The notes under the pieces: generated by a model | The model's database searches: none | What the model was told of the DNA's origin: nothing | The model's input: the letters and a program-made list of their open reading frames with translations, nothing else | Virus record (IMG/VR): IMGVR_UViG_3300024270_000010 | Direction: 5' to 3' (one strand) | DNA length: 64,000 nt | Source: a virus | Lineage: Duplodnaviria > Heunggongvirae > Uroviricota > Caudoviricetes | Translations under genes and position numbers: made by a program | Part shown: one piece after another, positions 43,867 to 53,759 of the stretch | Layout: the number at the start of each line of letters is the position of its first letter | Position numbering within the stretch: position 1 is the stretch's first letter

Positions 43867-44356
43867 CTACCTGAACTAAGCCACTATCATAAGGGAACAG
43901 ATATAGACAGGTTGGGCCGTCATCTGTTTCCACCCAAATCTCCACGGCAGTGCCAGGTTCGTCGGGGTCAATGGCTTTAATTTTTCCCACATTTCGCAGA
44001 CAATCAAGAACCTCTTGTGCGAAATACTGAGGCTCAATTAGTTTGAATACAGTAAAATAAGAAATCTCTTTACCGTAAAGCATATAGTATTTATTACGAT
44101 ACATTTCATGTAATGCTTCAATGGTTTGGATTGCCTTATTTAAATCAGCCAACTCAGGAAGCTGGGCGATAATTTGTTTATTCAAATCATATAGACCTAA
44201 ATTCAAGCCTGCGCCATCAGTTCTCATTGTAACCCAATGACCGTCATGATATACGCGAATTTCACCTGAAATGGAATCTTGAATTACTTCTCCTTCCATT
44301 GGTTCAAAATTGACTTGTGAAAGGTCCATTTTCTTGACAGTGAGTTTACTTCCCAT
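43859..44356 (-). CDS. Hypothetical protein (165 aa)
   Basis: AAAGGAGG RBS and its own sigmaA promoter. Confidence 0.65.
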   Translation of the reverse strand: MGSKLTVKKMDLSQVNFEPMEGEVIQDSISGEIRVYHDGHWVTMRTDGAGLNLGLYDLNKQIIAQLPELADLNKAIQTIEALHEMYRNKYYMLYGKEISYFTVFKLIEPQYFAQEVLDCLRNVGKIKAIDPDEPGTAVEIWVETDDGPTCLYLFPYDSGLVQVGE

Positions 44357-44386
44357 ATCAAGACCTCCTTTTACTCTTTATACTAA

Positions 44387-44415
44387 ATTATATCAATTTT
44401 TTTTATGTAAGTCAA
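44387..44415 (-). promoter_or_regulatory. sigmaA-type promoter (identical to 51979-52007)
   Basis: TTGACT-TACATAAAAAAAATTGA-TATAAT, 17-nt spacer. Confidence 0.85.
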
Positions 44416-44875
44416 TTATACGCTGGTTGCGAGAGCCTCTCATTTCTAGAGTCAAATCTCGCTCTGCTTCAATATATGGACCGTCGATTAGGACGTCCGC
44501 TAATTCCAGACATGATTTGACATGAGGGTCGCCAGACCGCAATAATTCTTCATAAGTGTAGCCGCTCCAAATATATATCTTCACTTCTGGAAGCTTATGT
44601 CTTACCTCTTGGAGAATCAAATTTACCAGAAAAGCATTTGCTTCACACAAAGGTTCACCGCCCATAATACATAAATTACGCTTGATTCCTTGTGCGGTTA
44701 GTCCTTCTAAAATCTTATGTAAAGTATTATTTGTAAACTCCTTACCTCCATCAAAGGCCCAGGTGCCAGGATTATGACACCCAGGACAATGATGAGGACA
44801 GCCTTGTGTAAAAAAGCTTACACATAAACCTGGAGCAGCGGTGATATCATTTAGTATCAATCCACTGTATCTCAT
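44393..44875 (-). CDS. nrdG: Anaerobic ribonucleotide reductase activating enzyme (radical SAM)
   Basis: FTQGCPHHCPGCHNP CxxxCxxC; MGGEP; DVLIDGPY; RGSRNQR. Confidence 0.95.
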   Translation of the reverse strand: MRYSGLILNDITAAPGLCVSFFTQGCPHHCPGCHNPGTWAFDGGKEFTNNTLHKILEGLTAQGIKRNLCIMGGEPLCEANAFLVNLILQEVRHKLPEVKIYIWSGYTYEELLRSGDPHVKSCLELADVLIDGPYIEAERDLTLEMRGSRNQRIIDLHKKN

Positions 44876-44922
44876 AGTTATCTCTCTTTCTTATAGCGTA
44901 GCTAAGTTGTAGTTAGCAACAG

Positions 44923-47127
44923 TTAGGAAAATTGAGAATGCTTGACGCGGTGTTCAACCTCTGCTTGTTTTCCGTTGTTGAAATGGCGATAGTCAGTAGT
45001 CAAATAACCAGTTACACGACGAAGCTGTTGAATATTCTGGCTTCCGCACTCGGGACAAGCATCATTGAACTCGCCTTGATAACCACAATCTAAGCAAGAG
45101 TCGATTGGGAAGTTGAAAGCTAAATAAGGGATATCTAGCTCTTTGAAAGCATAATCAATAATCTGCTCGATAGCCTTAGTATTCTTTACGAAAGTAGAAT
45201 CCAATTCTACATAAGTGATACAACCACCAGTAGGATACTTACAGAAAGGAGCTTCAATAGCTAACTTCTCAAAGATACCAACTTCCTGCCAAACAGGAAC
45301 ATGGTGACTGTTAGTCAAGAACTCCTTATCAGTAACATTAGGAATGATTCCATATTGCTTACGTAAGCCCTTCAGCGCGGTATGGCATAGACCTTCCGCA
45401 GGAGTAGCATAACAAGAGAAATTCAAATCGTGACGCTCGGAAGCTTCCTTAGCGTATTCATTGATTCTCTTGACAACCTTCAAAGCGAAAGCATGAACTT
45501 CGGAGTCTTCTGCGTGATTCTTACCAAACAGAGCCTGGCACATTTCAGCAATACCGATATAACCCATAGCTAAAGTGCCGTGCTTCAATGCTTCATAGTT
45601 AGACATTTTGCACTTCTGAGCATCCTTCATAGTACCATTTTGATACATAAATGGAGCGGCCTCAGGTGGCTGATTAACCATAATATCAAAGCGCTCTAAT
45701 AAACCTTGTTCACATAGCATCAATAAATCCTCAAACGCAGACCAGAAGCCGTCTAAGTCTGGGGTCTCACGCTCACCAAGGCAGATACCATATTCGATAC
45801 CGAGCTTTGGCAAAATCATAGTATTAGGAACAAGGTTACCACGTCCGACGCGATTATAAGATTTGCTGTGTCTGTCATAACCCAACATTGTGCGGCAACC
45901 CATTGTTGCGAAATATGTGTCAATATTATTTGGGTCTTCATGTGCTTCGGAATAATCACAATTGACAAAGTTGGGATAAATGCGCTTACTTAAAGATTCG
46001 ATAGCCAACTGCTTCAAATCATAGTTAGGATCTTCGGGATTAGCATTACAACCCTGCTTATATTGGAAAATACTAATTGGGAAAATAGGAGTTAGATGAT
46101 GCTTACCAATACCAGACAAGGAAGCCTCTAACATCTTGCGAGATACGAAACGACCTTCAACAGATTCGTCTCTACCAAAATTAATAGAAGTGAAAGGAAC
46201 CTGAGAACCTGCGCGAGACTCTAATGTATTCAAGTTGTGATACATAGCTTCGGCAGCCTGGGTGCCTTCGCGCTCAACCTGGCGGACCGCAAACTTATGT
46301 GCAGGATCATCTGCATATGCGGGATTACCCATATCCAAATCGGGGAACTTGGCATGAATAACTAATTCAGCATCCTCTTCACTCATCTCTTGGACGTCAG
46401 TATAATACTGCATTAGCTTCTTCTTATAACTCTTCTTTACGAAAGGAGCCAAGTCATAATCCAAGTGAACAGTACCAACACCACCGAACTGAACTTGAGA
46501 CTGGCACTGGTCAATAACAGCAGTTTGTTGACAAGCACTACTGAAATTAGAAGGTGGTCTTACATCACCATTACGGGTTATAAAGCCATCGGTAAATAGC
46601 TTCTTCATATCAACGAACAAGCAGTTATGCTGGCCGATATTAGTCTTTTCCATATCATGTTGATATAACAACATATTCTTGTGAGCATTTGAGACTTCTG
46701 GAGACAAAGTATAATCGAGGGCAATAATCTTCTGAATATCTGCGGAAGCCTCTTTCTCTCTACCAGAGAAGCTCTTTTCGTCAACATTAGCATTAGCATT
46801 TTCTACTGCAGTAGCTTCAATGCGCTTCATTACTGCTTTGACTAACTTGCTGCGACGAGTGCGCTCTTTACTACGCTGGTCGCGATATAGGATATATTCT
46901 TTTGCTACTTCTGGATACTCGCTCTTCATCAAGTATCCTTCAACTAAATCTTGGATTTGCTCAACGCTCATATCAACATTGCGCTGACCAATTAAATCGG
47001 CAATCTCTTCGGCAGTTTCAGTCTCATAGACTGCGCCGTAAGTGCTAATCATAGCTTTGTTGATAGCTTGAACAATCTTATCGGGATTGAATAGAACTCT
47101 TGTTCCATCTCGTTTAATTACATACAT
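44923..47127 (-). CDS. nrdD: Anaerobic (class III) ribonucleoside-triphosphate reductase with N-terminal ATP cone
   Basis: YVIKRDG ATP cone; MGCRT; TPAEGL; TNSHHVP; CLDCG..CPECG; RRVTGYL glycyl-radical motif; ATG at 47127 after GGAGGT. Confidence 0.95.
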   Translation of the reverse strand: MYVIKRDGTRVLFNPDKIVQAINKAMISTYGAVYETETAEEIADLIGQRNVDMSVEQIQDLVEGYLMKSEYPEVAKEYILYRDQRSKERTRRSKLVKAVMKRIEATAVENANANVDEKSFSGREKEASADIQKIIALDYTLSPEVSNAHKNMLLYQHDMEKTNIGQHNCLFVDMKKLFTDGFITRNGDVRPPSNFSSACQQTAVIDQCQSQVQFGGVGTVHLDYDLAPFVKKSYKKKLMQYYTDVQEMSEEDAELVIHAKFPDLDMGNPAYADDPAHKFAVRQVEREGTQAAEAMYHNLNTLESRAGSQVPFTSINFGRDESVEGRFVSRKMLEASLSGIGKHHLTPIFPISIFQYKQGCNANPEDPNYDLKQLAIESLSKRIYPNFVNCDYSEAHEDPNNIDTYFATMGCRTMLGYDRHSKSYNRVGRGNLVPNTMILPKLGIEYGICLGERETPDLDGFWSAFEDLLMLCEQGLLERFDIMVNQPPEAAPFMYQNGTMKDAQKCKMSNYEALKHGTLAMGYIGIAEMCQALFGKNHAEDSEVHAFALKVVKRINEYAKEASERHDLNFSCYATPAEGLCHTALKGLRKQYGIIPNVTDKEFLTNSHHVPVWQEVGIFEKLAIEAPFCKYPTGGCITYVELDSTFVKNTKAIEQIIDYAFKELDIPYLAFNFPIDSCLDCGYQGEFNDACPECGSQNIQQLRRVTGYLTTDYRHFNNGKQAEVEHRVKHSQFS

Positions 47128-47148
47128 ATATATTACCTCCAATTAAAA

Positions 47149-47196
47149 ACCCTACATCTTGTGTAGAGGGCAAAATTTCTCTACTAAATATGGGTT
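47149..47196 (-). promoter_or_regulatory. Tandem NrdR boxes
   Basis: Minus strand AACCCATATTTAGTAG (47196-47181) and ACACAAGATGTAGGGT (47164-47149) match acaCwAtATaTwGtgt and are 32 bp apart. Confidence 0.75.
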
Positions 47197-47214
47197 TATG
47201 GATTGATCACTTAA

Positions 47215-47790
47215 TCAATCTCGTCCTTGGGCGAATGTGGTCTCGGTCTGGTACACAATCTCTTCAGGGCCAGTCCAACCGTCCAATTCAGTGGCGTTTC
47301 TAATTTCAAAAAATGGGAAATCAATCTCGCCAAAATCAGAATAGTCAGCTAAGAAGCGACGACAAACTTCCTTGACGTCAGGATCTTCTTCTCGATTCAA
47401 CTGACGCATTAGACGCAACTTATCGGGCGTCCGCAAACGAATAGCTAGAACTTCACAATCCCCACGAGCCAAGAGATCATGGATGCCTTGAGGATTGAAA
47501 ACTCCAACATTGATATTATCTTCAACCACAGACTCGGTACTTGTGCCGTAATACCAATTATTGAACATTACACATTCAAGCATTTGGTCATTGTTAATTT
47601 TTTCTTTGAACTCATCCATTGTGTGATAAAAATAATTCACACCATGCTGTTCACCCTGTCTCATAGGACGAGTAGTACAGCTAATAATTTTATGCCAGTC
47701 AGGTCTCATAGCGAGGACCTTATTCAACATAAAGTCCTTGCCGGAGCCTGCCTCGCCAAACAAAGCAACGATTTTATACATTTTATTCAT
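47215..47790 (-). CDS. gmk: Guanylate kinase-like protein
   Basis: GEAGSGKD P-loop; SCTTRPMRQGEQHGVNYFY; YYGT. Confidence 0.88.
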   Translation of the reverse strand: MNKMYKIVALFGEAGSGKDFMLNKVLAMRPDWHKIISCTTRPMRQGEQHGVNYFYHTMDEFKEKINNDQMLECVMFNNWYYGTSTESVVEDNINVGVFNPQGIHDLLARGDCEVLAIRLRTPDKLRLMRQLNREEDPDVKEVCRRFLADYSDFGEIDFPFFEIRNATELDGWTGPEEIVYQTETTFAQGRD

Positions 47791-47977
47791 CCTCGAACTC
47801 ATATTCAATACTGCCATTTTTAGTAGTGCTTGTTGTAGTCGTTCCGCAATTCAAACACTCATAGCAGTGCTGTGCAGGATAAGTACAGAGTGTATGAGTG
47901 CAACGCATGGGCTTACCGCACTCTTCACAGACAATCTGCACAACATACATAGCTTTTACTTTTCTTTTTTGGATCAT
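47783..47977 (-). CDS. Small zinc-ribbon protein (64 aa)
   Basis: CEECG...CLNCG. Confidence 0.6.
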   Translation of the reverse strand: MIQKRKVKAMYVVQIVCEECGKPMRCTHTLCTYPAQHCYECLNCGTTTTSTTKNGSIEYEFEDE

Positions 47978-50900
47978 TTATTCGTCTCCTTGATAACGAG
48001 CATCTAATAGTTTCAAATCACCATTAGGATAAATTTTATCAATTTTATATAACTGGTGTCCACCAGTTGAAGCATACTTCTTAGAAATGAAATCATCACC
48101 AGAACGAATACCAGTTACCACAATCATATTACCTCGATTGAACCAGGACTTTTCCATGATCTTCTTAGTTCCATCGGGTTGACGAGCAGAAATCTGCTTA
48201 TCAAATAATGTGAAATATTCTTTTCTAAATTTCACATTTACAACACCTGTGTTAGTCAAAATAGTAACTGTACTCTTAGTTTTATTCTTCGCGATACAAG
48301 TTCCGCAAATACGATTCAAGTGAAAGATATGGATTTCTTTGTCACCCTTTTTAAAAGTCTTTTCAATTACGGGGTCTTCTGGCAAAGCAAAGAAATCAAC
48401 AAAGCCATACTTGTCATTATTTACATGAGCCAATTCGTGCTCATGATAATAGAAGCACAATACTTCCATCTCCCATGCGGAGATACTGCCCTGGGCATAT
48501 TTCTCCCAGTCTTCCATGAAGATTTTTGTATTCAATGCTTCAAGGATTTCTTCCTTATCAGTAGCAATCCAATTTCTGAAAATGTTCATATACTTCTGAT
48601 ATACATTATCCCAAGTCTTGACTTTGATAAACCAAGCGAGATTATCGCTTTCCATCAAGTCTTCACATTCAATTTCATGTAAGAATGAAATTGCTCGTGG
48701 ATCAAGACTATACATATCTTTGTAAGCACATTCATCAGCCTTTGTAATTGCTTTTAGATAACGATTGAACTCATAAACTCTACGAGCCATAATTTGCTCT
48801 TCTGTGGATTCAGGTAATAAACCATGCTTGATAAGACCACCCATATTCTGTAAAGTCAAACGGCTCTTCTTATCACAAGTCTCCCACAGATACCATGCCA
48901 TTACGAAACGACGATCTTCCATATCATCAAAGGCACCGCCCTTGATTAGAGAAATCATTGCTTGCTTACCGGGCTTTACTTTCTGTAAGAAATCCTTGGG
49001 AGAAGCATATGGTCTATTTGCGATGATTGCGGCGATAACATCATCGCCGACATTTAGCATACCTTTCAAACCAAACAGAATACGATTATTTTCCACGTCG
49101 GGAGCAAATCCAAATTGAGATTTATTGATATCAACCAGACTCACCTTGATGCCAGCCGCACGAATATCTCCAATTGCCTTAGCAATCTTACCATAGTCAG
49201 TGCTTGCGGTCTTACGAATCTTACCAGACCGATCGGGCAGATCCTGGAAAGTCACGCCTTCGCTTAGGTCTTGTCCTTCTGGCTCATAAATATCAACAAT
49301 CTCTTCTTCACTATTATCTTCCAAAGAACCACTATTGACAATCAGACAAGCTGTATTCCAGTAGATGGGATTGAAATTCATGGCAAGATAAATAGATTGC
49401 ATACCAACGAATGAATAAGGTAATGAGTGATTCAAGCTAAATGCGTATCCTAACTGAGGGGCAACCGCATTTTCCCAGAAGTAATTCGCAGAATTGACAT
49501 GGTCAAATCTACTATATACATCCTCGCGCAACTGCGGAATCTTACTCATTTGCTTTTTACCGACAATCTTTCTTGCGGTATTTGCTTCACCTAATGTGAA
49601 GCCAGCGACATCCATCAACAGTTCCATCATTTGCTCCTGGATTGCACAACAACCCCAATATTGATCACAATGCTTATGCATCAACGCAATCATATTAGAA
49701 TCAAGTCCTGCTTGAACCATTTCTCGATGAAACTCAGTCAAACCTTTCCGTTGAATACGGACGTATCTGTCCTGCTGAGACTCTTTGCCTTTTTCGCTCA
49801 TCAGTCTCATCATGGCGTTTGCCGCAGTCATCTCCATAGGATTTTGAGGCTTCAACTTTTTCGCAATGGCTAGACCGACACCTGTGCTGAACTGAAACAC
49901 GTCCAGAACATCACCGGCCGCAAGGTGATCCCAAATGCGCTGGTCAGTTGTATCCATTACTTCTGGATGGATATATTTATTATATAATTCACGCAAACTC
50001 AAATCTGGAATTACTTTATCTGCTACCAAAAGTTCAAAACATTTAATAATCTTATCAGAAATTTCAGTAACCAGGAAGTCGTACTTAGTATCACCTGCGG
50101 CCTCAGCTTTATGTAGGTCATAACAGGTAATCAAGTCACCACTAGGAGTTCTCATAAAAGCTGCTGTATCAAATGGATCATCACCATATAAGATAACACC
50201 AGATGCGTGAGAAGAACATTTATTTACAAGTCCATCAATGGACTTGATAATATTTAGCAAACCAGGATACTGATTTACTTCTCGAATGAAAGCAACAACA
50301 GGCTTTCTGTCTTTACTTTCATTACCATTAACAACATCATCAATAGACCACAAAAAACCACGTTCCTGTGGGATTAGAGATGACATATATTGGGCTTGGT
50401 CGACATCAATTCCATCAGGAAAATCTTCACTTCGGTATCCTCGGCAGGCGGTAAGGATGGCTGATTTAGTTCCTTCTGTGCCGAAGGTTCCAACTTGGAT
50501 AAGTCCAAGTTCACCTCTTTCTTTCCGAATTCTTCGAAAGATTTCTGGTCGCTTTGAGGGAGCGAGGTCAATATCAATATCGGGCAACTCAGCTCTTTCT
50601 TTGTTAAGAAAGCGCCAATATGGTAACTTCCATCGTACTGGATCAAGTTGGGTGATACCCAAGAGATAGTTAGAGAGGAATCCAGTCGCTGAACCTCGTC
50701 CTGGACCAACGATACTGCCGCACTCCCAGAAGAGGTCAATATAGTGTTTGAATGTGTTGAAATAAGCGAAGAGACAATCTTCAAGCTTTCTTCCAATGTC
50801 GTCAATTACGTCTGCCTCCGTTTCAAGTCTATCCCAATATTCTCTCTTATCAATGAAGCCTTTTTCGTGCATACTCTTCAAGCATTCACCCAACCAATAT

Positions 50901-51943
50901 CTCTCTTGATCATTACCCGCACAAATAATGCGATCTAAAGTGGGCCACTGATAAGAATCCCATTGAATATCTTCTGGCAATAAATCCCAAAGATTATCAT
51001 AAAATGGAACTTGAACTTTAGGAATAATCTGCTTACGCTCCAAAGAGTAATCTTCAATTTTACTCTGAGCTTCTAAGGTCGCCGCAAAAATATCATCAAT
51101 ATCAACATCACTAAATGACTTTGACAATAATGTTCGACACTCTTCTGGACTCATTAAATATGCGAACTCATAGAAGTCATCAACTTCTCGTTCACCATCT
51201 TTTGAGTTCAAATAAGATTTATGGACAAATCTATCTTCTTTTGTCAAATAATGAGAGTCAGTACCAACAACCATATTGATACCATATGCTTTCGCAATTC
51301 TCATTAGTTTGCGGTTGACCTCACATTGTTGACTTGCGCTTGAGGGAGCGCACTCAATATAAAAATCATCACCAAACAAGCCTCGACAATAATCAATAAA
51401 ATCGCAAATCTGGTCATAATAAACCTTTGCGTTTACCATATCATTTACTCGTTCAGCCTGCGACATATTCCAGGCGGCGGTAGATAATTCACCACCAAGA
51501 CAAGCAGAGGTCGCAATTACATGGCCACGATATTTGCTAATGATTTTAGTCATTTCTTCTTTCGTGATTGGCACACGCTTCATACCTCTATCAGTATAAG
51601 CGTAATACCATGCAATAGAACTCAATTCACGAAGTGCCTTATGTCCGATGGCATCCTTCGCAACTAAAATAAAGTGATAATATTTTATACCACTTTCTCG
51701 TTTATCTACTAAATAAACCTCATTGCCTAAAGCGATTTTGAAGTCGGGATGGTTCTTTTTAACTTCCTTCGCATATTGATTTACTTCCATATGACCACTA
51801 ATACATTCATGGTCAGTAATCGCAATGCCAGAAAGACCCAACTCAATCGCTTTGTCAATGAGGTCTTTTGGTCTATTGATACAATCGAGCAAGCGGATAT
51901 TAGAATACATAGTATGATTGTGAATATTGAAGTAAGTTGTCAT
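47978..51943 (-). CDS. dnaE: DNA polymerase III alpha subunit (family C, PHP domain)
   Basis: HNHTMYS and AITDH PHP motifs; GPGRGSA; PDIDID; HASG; YAFSLNH. Confidence 0.95.
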   Translation of the reverse strand: MTTYFNIHNHTMYSNIRLLDCINRPKDLIDKAIELGLSGIAITDHECISGHMEVNQYAKEVKKNHPDFKIALGNEVYLVDKRESGIKYYHFILVAKDAIGHKALRELSSIAWYYAYTDRGMKRVPITKEEMTKIISKYRGHVIATSACLGGELSTAAWNMSQAERVNDMVNAKVYYDQICDFIDYCRGLFGDDFYIECAPSSASQQCEVNRKLMRIAKAYGINMVVGTDSHYLTKEDRFVHKSYLNSKDGEREVDDFYEFAYLMSPEECRTLLSKSFSDVDIDDIFAATLEAQSKIEDYSLERKQIIPKVQVPFYDNLWDLLPEDIQWDSYQWPTLDRIICAGNDQERYWLGECLKSMHEKGFIDKREYWDRLETEADVIDDIGRKLEDCLFAYFNTFKHYIDLFWECGSIVGPGRGSATGFLSNYLLGITQLDPVRWKLPYWRFLNKERAELPDIDIDLAPSKRPEIFRRIRKERGELGLIQVGTFGTEGTKSAILTACRGYRSEDFPDGIDVDQAQYMSSLIPQERGFLWSIDDVVNGNESKDRKPVVAFIREVNQYPGLLNIIKSIDGLVNKCSSHASGVILYGDDPFDTAAFMRTPSGDLITCYDLHKAEAAGDTKYDFLVTEISDKIIKCFELLVADKVIPDLSLRELYNKYIHPEVMDTTDQRIWDHLAAGDVLDVFQFSTGVGLAIAKKLKPQNPMEMTAANAMMRLMSEKGKESQQDRYVRIQRKGLTEFHREMVQAGLDSNMIALMHKHCDQYWGCCAIQEQMMELLMDVAGFTLGEANTARKIVGKKQMSKIPQLREDVYSRFDHVNSANYFWENAVAPQLGYAFSLNHSLPYSFVGMQSIYLAMNFNPIYWNTACLIVNSGSLEDNSEEEIVDIYEPEGQDLSEGVTFQDLPDRSGKIRKTASTDYGKIAKAIGDIRAAGIKVSLVDINKSQFGFAPDVENNRILFGLKGMLNVGDDVIAAIIANRPYASPKDFLQKVKPGKQAMISLIKGGAFDDMEDRRFVMAWYLWETCDKKSRLTLQNMGGLIKHGLLPESTEEQIMARRVYEFNRYLKAITKADECAYKDMYSLDPRAISFLHEIECEDLMESDNLAWFIKVKTWDNVYQKYMNIFRNWIATDKEEILEALNTKIFMEDWEKYAQGSISAWEMEVLCFYYHEHELAHVNNDKYGFVDFFALPEDPVIEKTFKKGDKEIHIFHLNRICGTCIAKNKTKSTVTILTNTGVVNVKFRKEYFTLFDKQISARQPDGTKKIMEKSWFNRGNMIVVTGIRSGDDFISKKYASTGGHQLYKIDKIYPNGDLKLLDARYQGDE

Positions 51944-51978
51944 TCTATTATCCTCTTTCTTTTTACTTATTATACTAT

Positions 51979-52007
51979 ATTATATCAATTTTTTTTATGT
52001 AAGTCAA
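51979..52007 (-). promoter_or_regulatory. sigmaA-type promoter of dnaE (identical to 44387-44415)
   Basis: TTGACT-N17-TATAAT. Confidence 0.85.
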
Positions 52008-53196
52008 TCTTTGGTGACAATCACCAATTTCTCTGCCGCACGAGTGGCCGCAGTGTATAACCAACGAGCATGATCAACGGGCTGGAAGGGGAACTTTTCT
52101 TCCAGAACCAAGACGTTATCCCATTCAGAACCCTGCGCTTTATGACAGGTAATGGCATATCCATAAGTAAATTCCTTTGGCACAACATCGCCAATACGAT
52201 TTTTTAGCTTATTCAGCTTATACTTATCACGCCATTCAAGCTCGCTTTCGCCGCCCTTCATAATGCGAGGGTCCATATTGATATGACCATAATTCTCACC
52301 TAAGTCAGATTCAAATACACCAGTAAGGATATTGATCTTACCCTTCTCATAAGCGTAAAACGGGACATTGATATGACTATACTTGGGATCATGTAATGTT
52401 CCAATAGTGCCATTTACCAATGGGTCGCCGTTAGTCAAATTACCCCAGTCCCAGTAATTCCGCAGACAAATAACTTTATCTCCTTCTTCTGGCTCAGGTC
52501 CAAAACCTCGTTGCTGACGCATGAAATCATTCATACTGTGCCGTTGTAGATTAGTCGCAACAAGAACCTGGTCTGCCCAATCAAGCATTCCGGTATTGAG
52601 CGCGCTGGCTGGATAAATTTGAACTTGGTCATTCTTTATATATTCCAAAGGCTTCTGGTCTCGAATATCCATAGTCAAACGGATAATACCAGATTCAGTA
52701 GCCTGTCTCATAATTTCATCAAGGAAGATATGAGGATGGTCAAGCAAATGATTATCCTCGTCTTTCTCAATGGGTGGCAACTGGAACGGGTCGCCAAGAC
52801 AAATTACATATACATTATGGGAGAATAATTTATCCATAATACTCTTGGGCGCCATGGACACCTCATCAACCACAACGACTGTATATTCCAAAGATTTCTT
52901 TGGGATTCTAGTAAATCCACCGCCTGGACGAGGCACGCTATCATAAAGCAGACGATGTAGAGTCATTGCGTTCTTATTGCCCTTCTTAGCTAGAACCTGG
53001 GCGGCCTTGCCTGTAAAAGTAGCAAAGCAAACTTTATTATGTTCTACATCTAATGCTTCAATGATAAATTTTACCAGAGTGCTCTTTCCTGTACCTGCCT
53101 TTAGGCGTAGCCAGCAATCACAGTGTACTTTTCATGTGCTCTGTGTCTGGCTACGGCAATTTTCAAACCTTCTTCTTGCTTTCTTGTAAGAATCAC
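52004..53196 (-). CDS. RecD/Dda-like SF1B helicase interrupted by 8 nt in Walker A (~394 aa if bypassed; may be a pseudogene)
   Basis: GTG start gives MILTRKQEEGL...IAGYA then TAA (53103-53101). The second frame gives AGTGKST, TFTGKAA, TLHRLLY, VVVDEVSM, LGDPFQLPP, YAITCHKAQGSEW and YTAATRA. Confidence 0.85.
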
Positions 53197-53720
53197 AGTT
53201 CTACTTCCTCTCTTTCTTCAATATTCAAATCTTCAATATTCCATAGATTATCATGTAGTTCTTTATGACAATTAGAACAAATTAAAATACATTTTTTACT
53301 TTCTTCTACTGCTTCTAATAAGTGAAAATGGTCATTGCTAATTGTAAAATCTTTTTTAGAGGGGTCAATGTGATGAAATTCTAATGCTTTTATACATCTA
53401 TCATATCCACATCTTATACATTTTCCACCACGAGATTCTTTTATTTTAGCTAAAAACATTCCTCTCGTTAATTGAACTCCATTTGGCATACAGTTATAAC
53501 AACAGGTTCTTTGATGAGCCGTAGAAGTTAAAGGATAAAATTCTTTTCCACAAATGGGACAAATTTTTGGTTTTCCTTTATAAGAAGTATCTTTTTGATT
53601 CTTTTCTTTATTGGCGTATTTTTCTCTGCGCGAAGCGTTTTGACATTCTATACTACAGTATTTTTTAGTAGAACGGATTGCCTCAAATTCATTTCCACAC
53701 ATAACACATTTATTTATCAT
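53193..53720 (-). CDS. Free-standing HNH endonuclease with zinc-binding N-terminal repeats (175 aa)
   Basis: CIRCG..ALEFHHIDP..CILICSNCHKELH; N-terminal CxxC...CSxxC repeats; AAAGGAG RBS; GTGA overlap with the helicase start. Confidence 0.88.
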   Translation of the reverse strand: MINKCVMCGNEFEAIRSTKKYCSIECQNASRREKYANKEKNQKDTSYKGKPKICPICGKEFYPLTSTAHQRTCCYNCMPNGVQLTRGMFLAKIKESRGGKCIRCGYDRCIKALEFHHIDPSKKDFTISNDHFHLLEAVEESKKCILICSNCHKELHDNLWNIEDLNIEEREEVEL

Positions 53721-53759
53721 ATATTTTCTCCTTTTTTGAAATATTTCTTTCATTATATT

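Noticed and set aside
47978-51943. Intein or intron in dnaE, nrdD or dnaB
   Set aside because: Lengths are normal and there are no C/S...HN splice motifs; the ~45-aa acidic stretch in DnaE after LIVNSG is too short for an intein
53096-53106. Group I intron or canonical -1 slippery-site frameshift as the explanation for the helicase break
   Set aside because: Eight nt cannot hold a ribozyme, and no U|...G splice restores the frame. There is no X-XXY-YYZ heptamer, and an upstream -1 shift would replace the conserved IAGY strand with HCDCWLRL.
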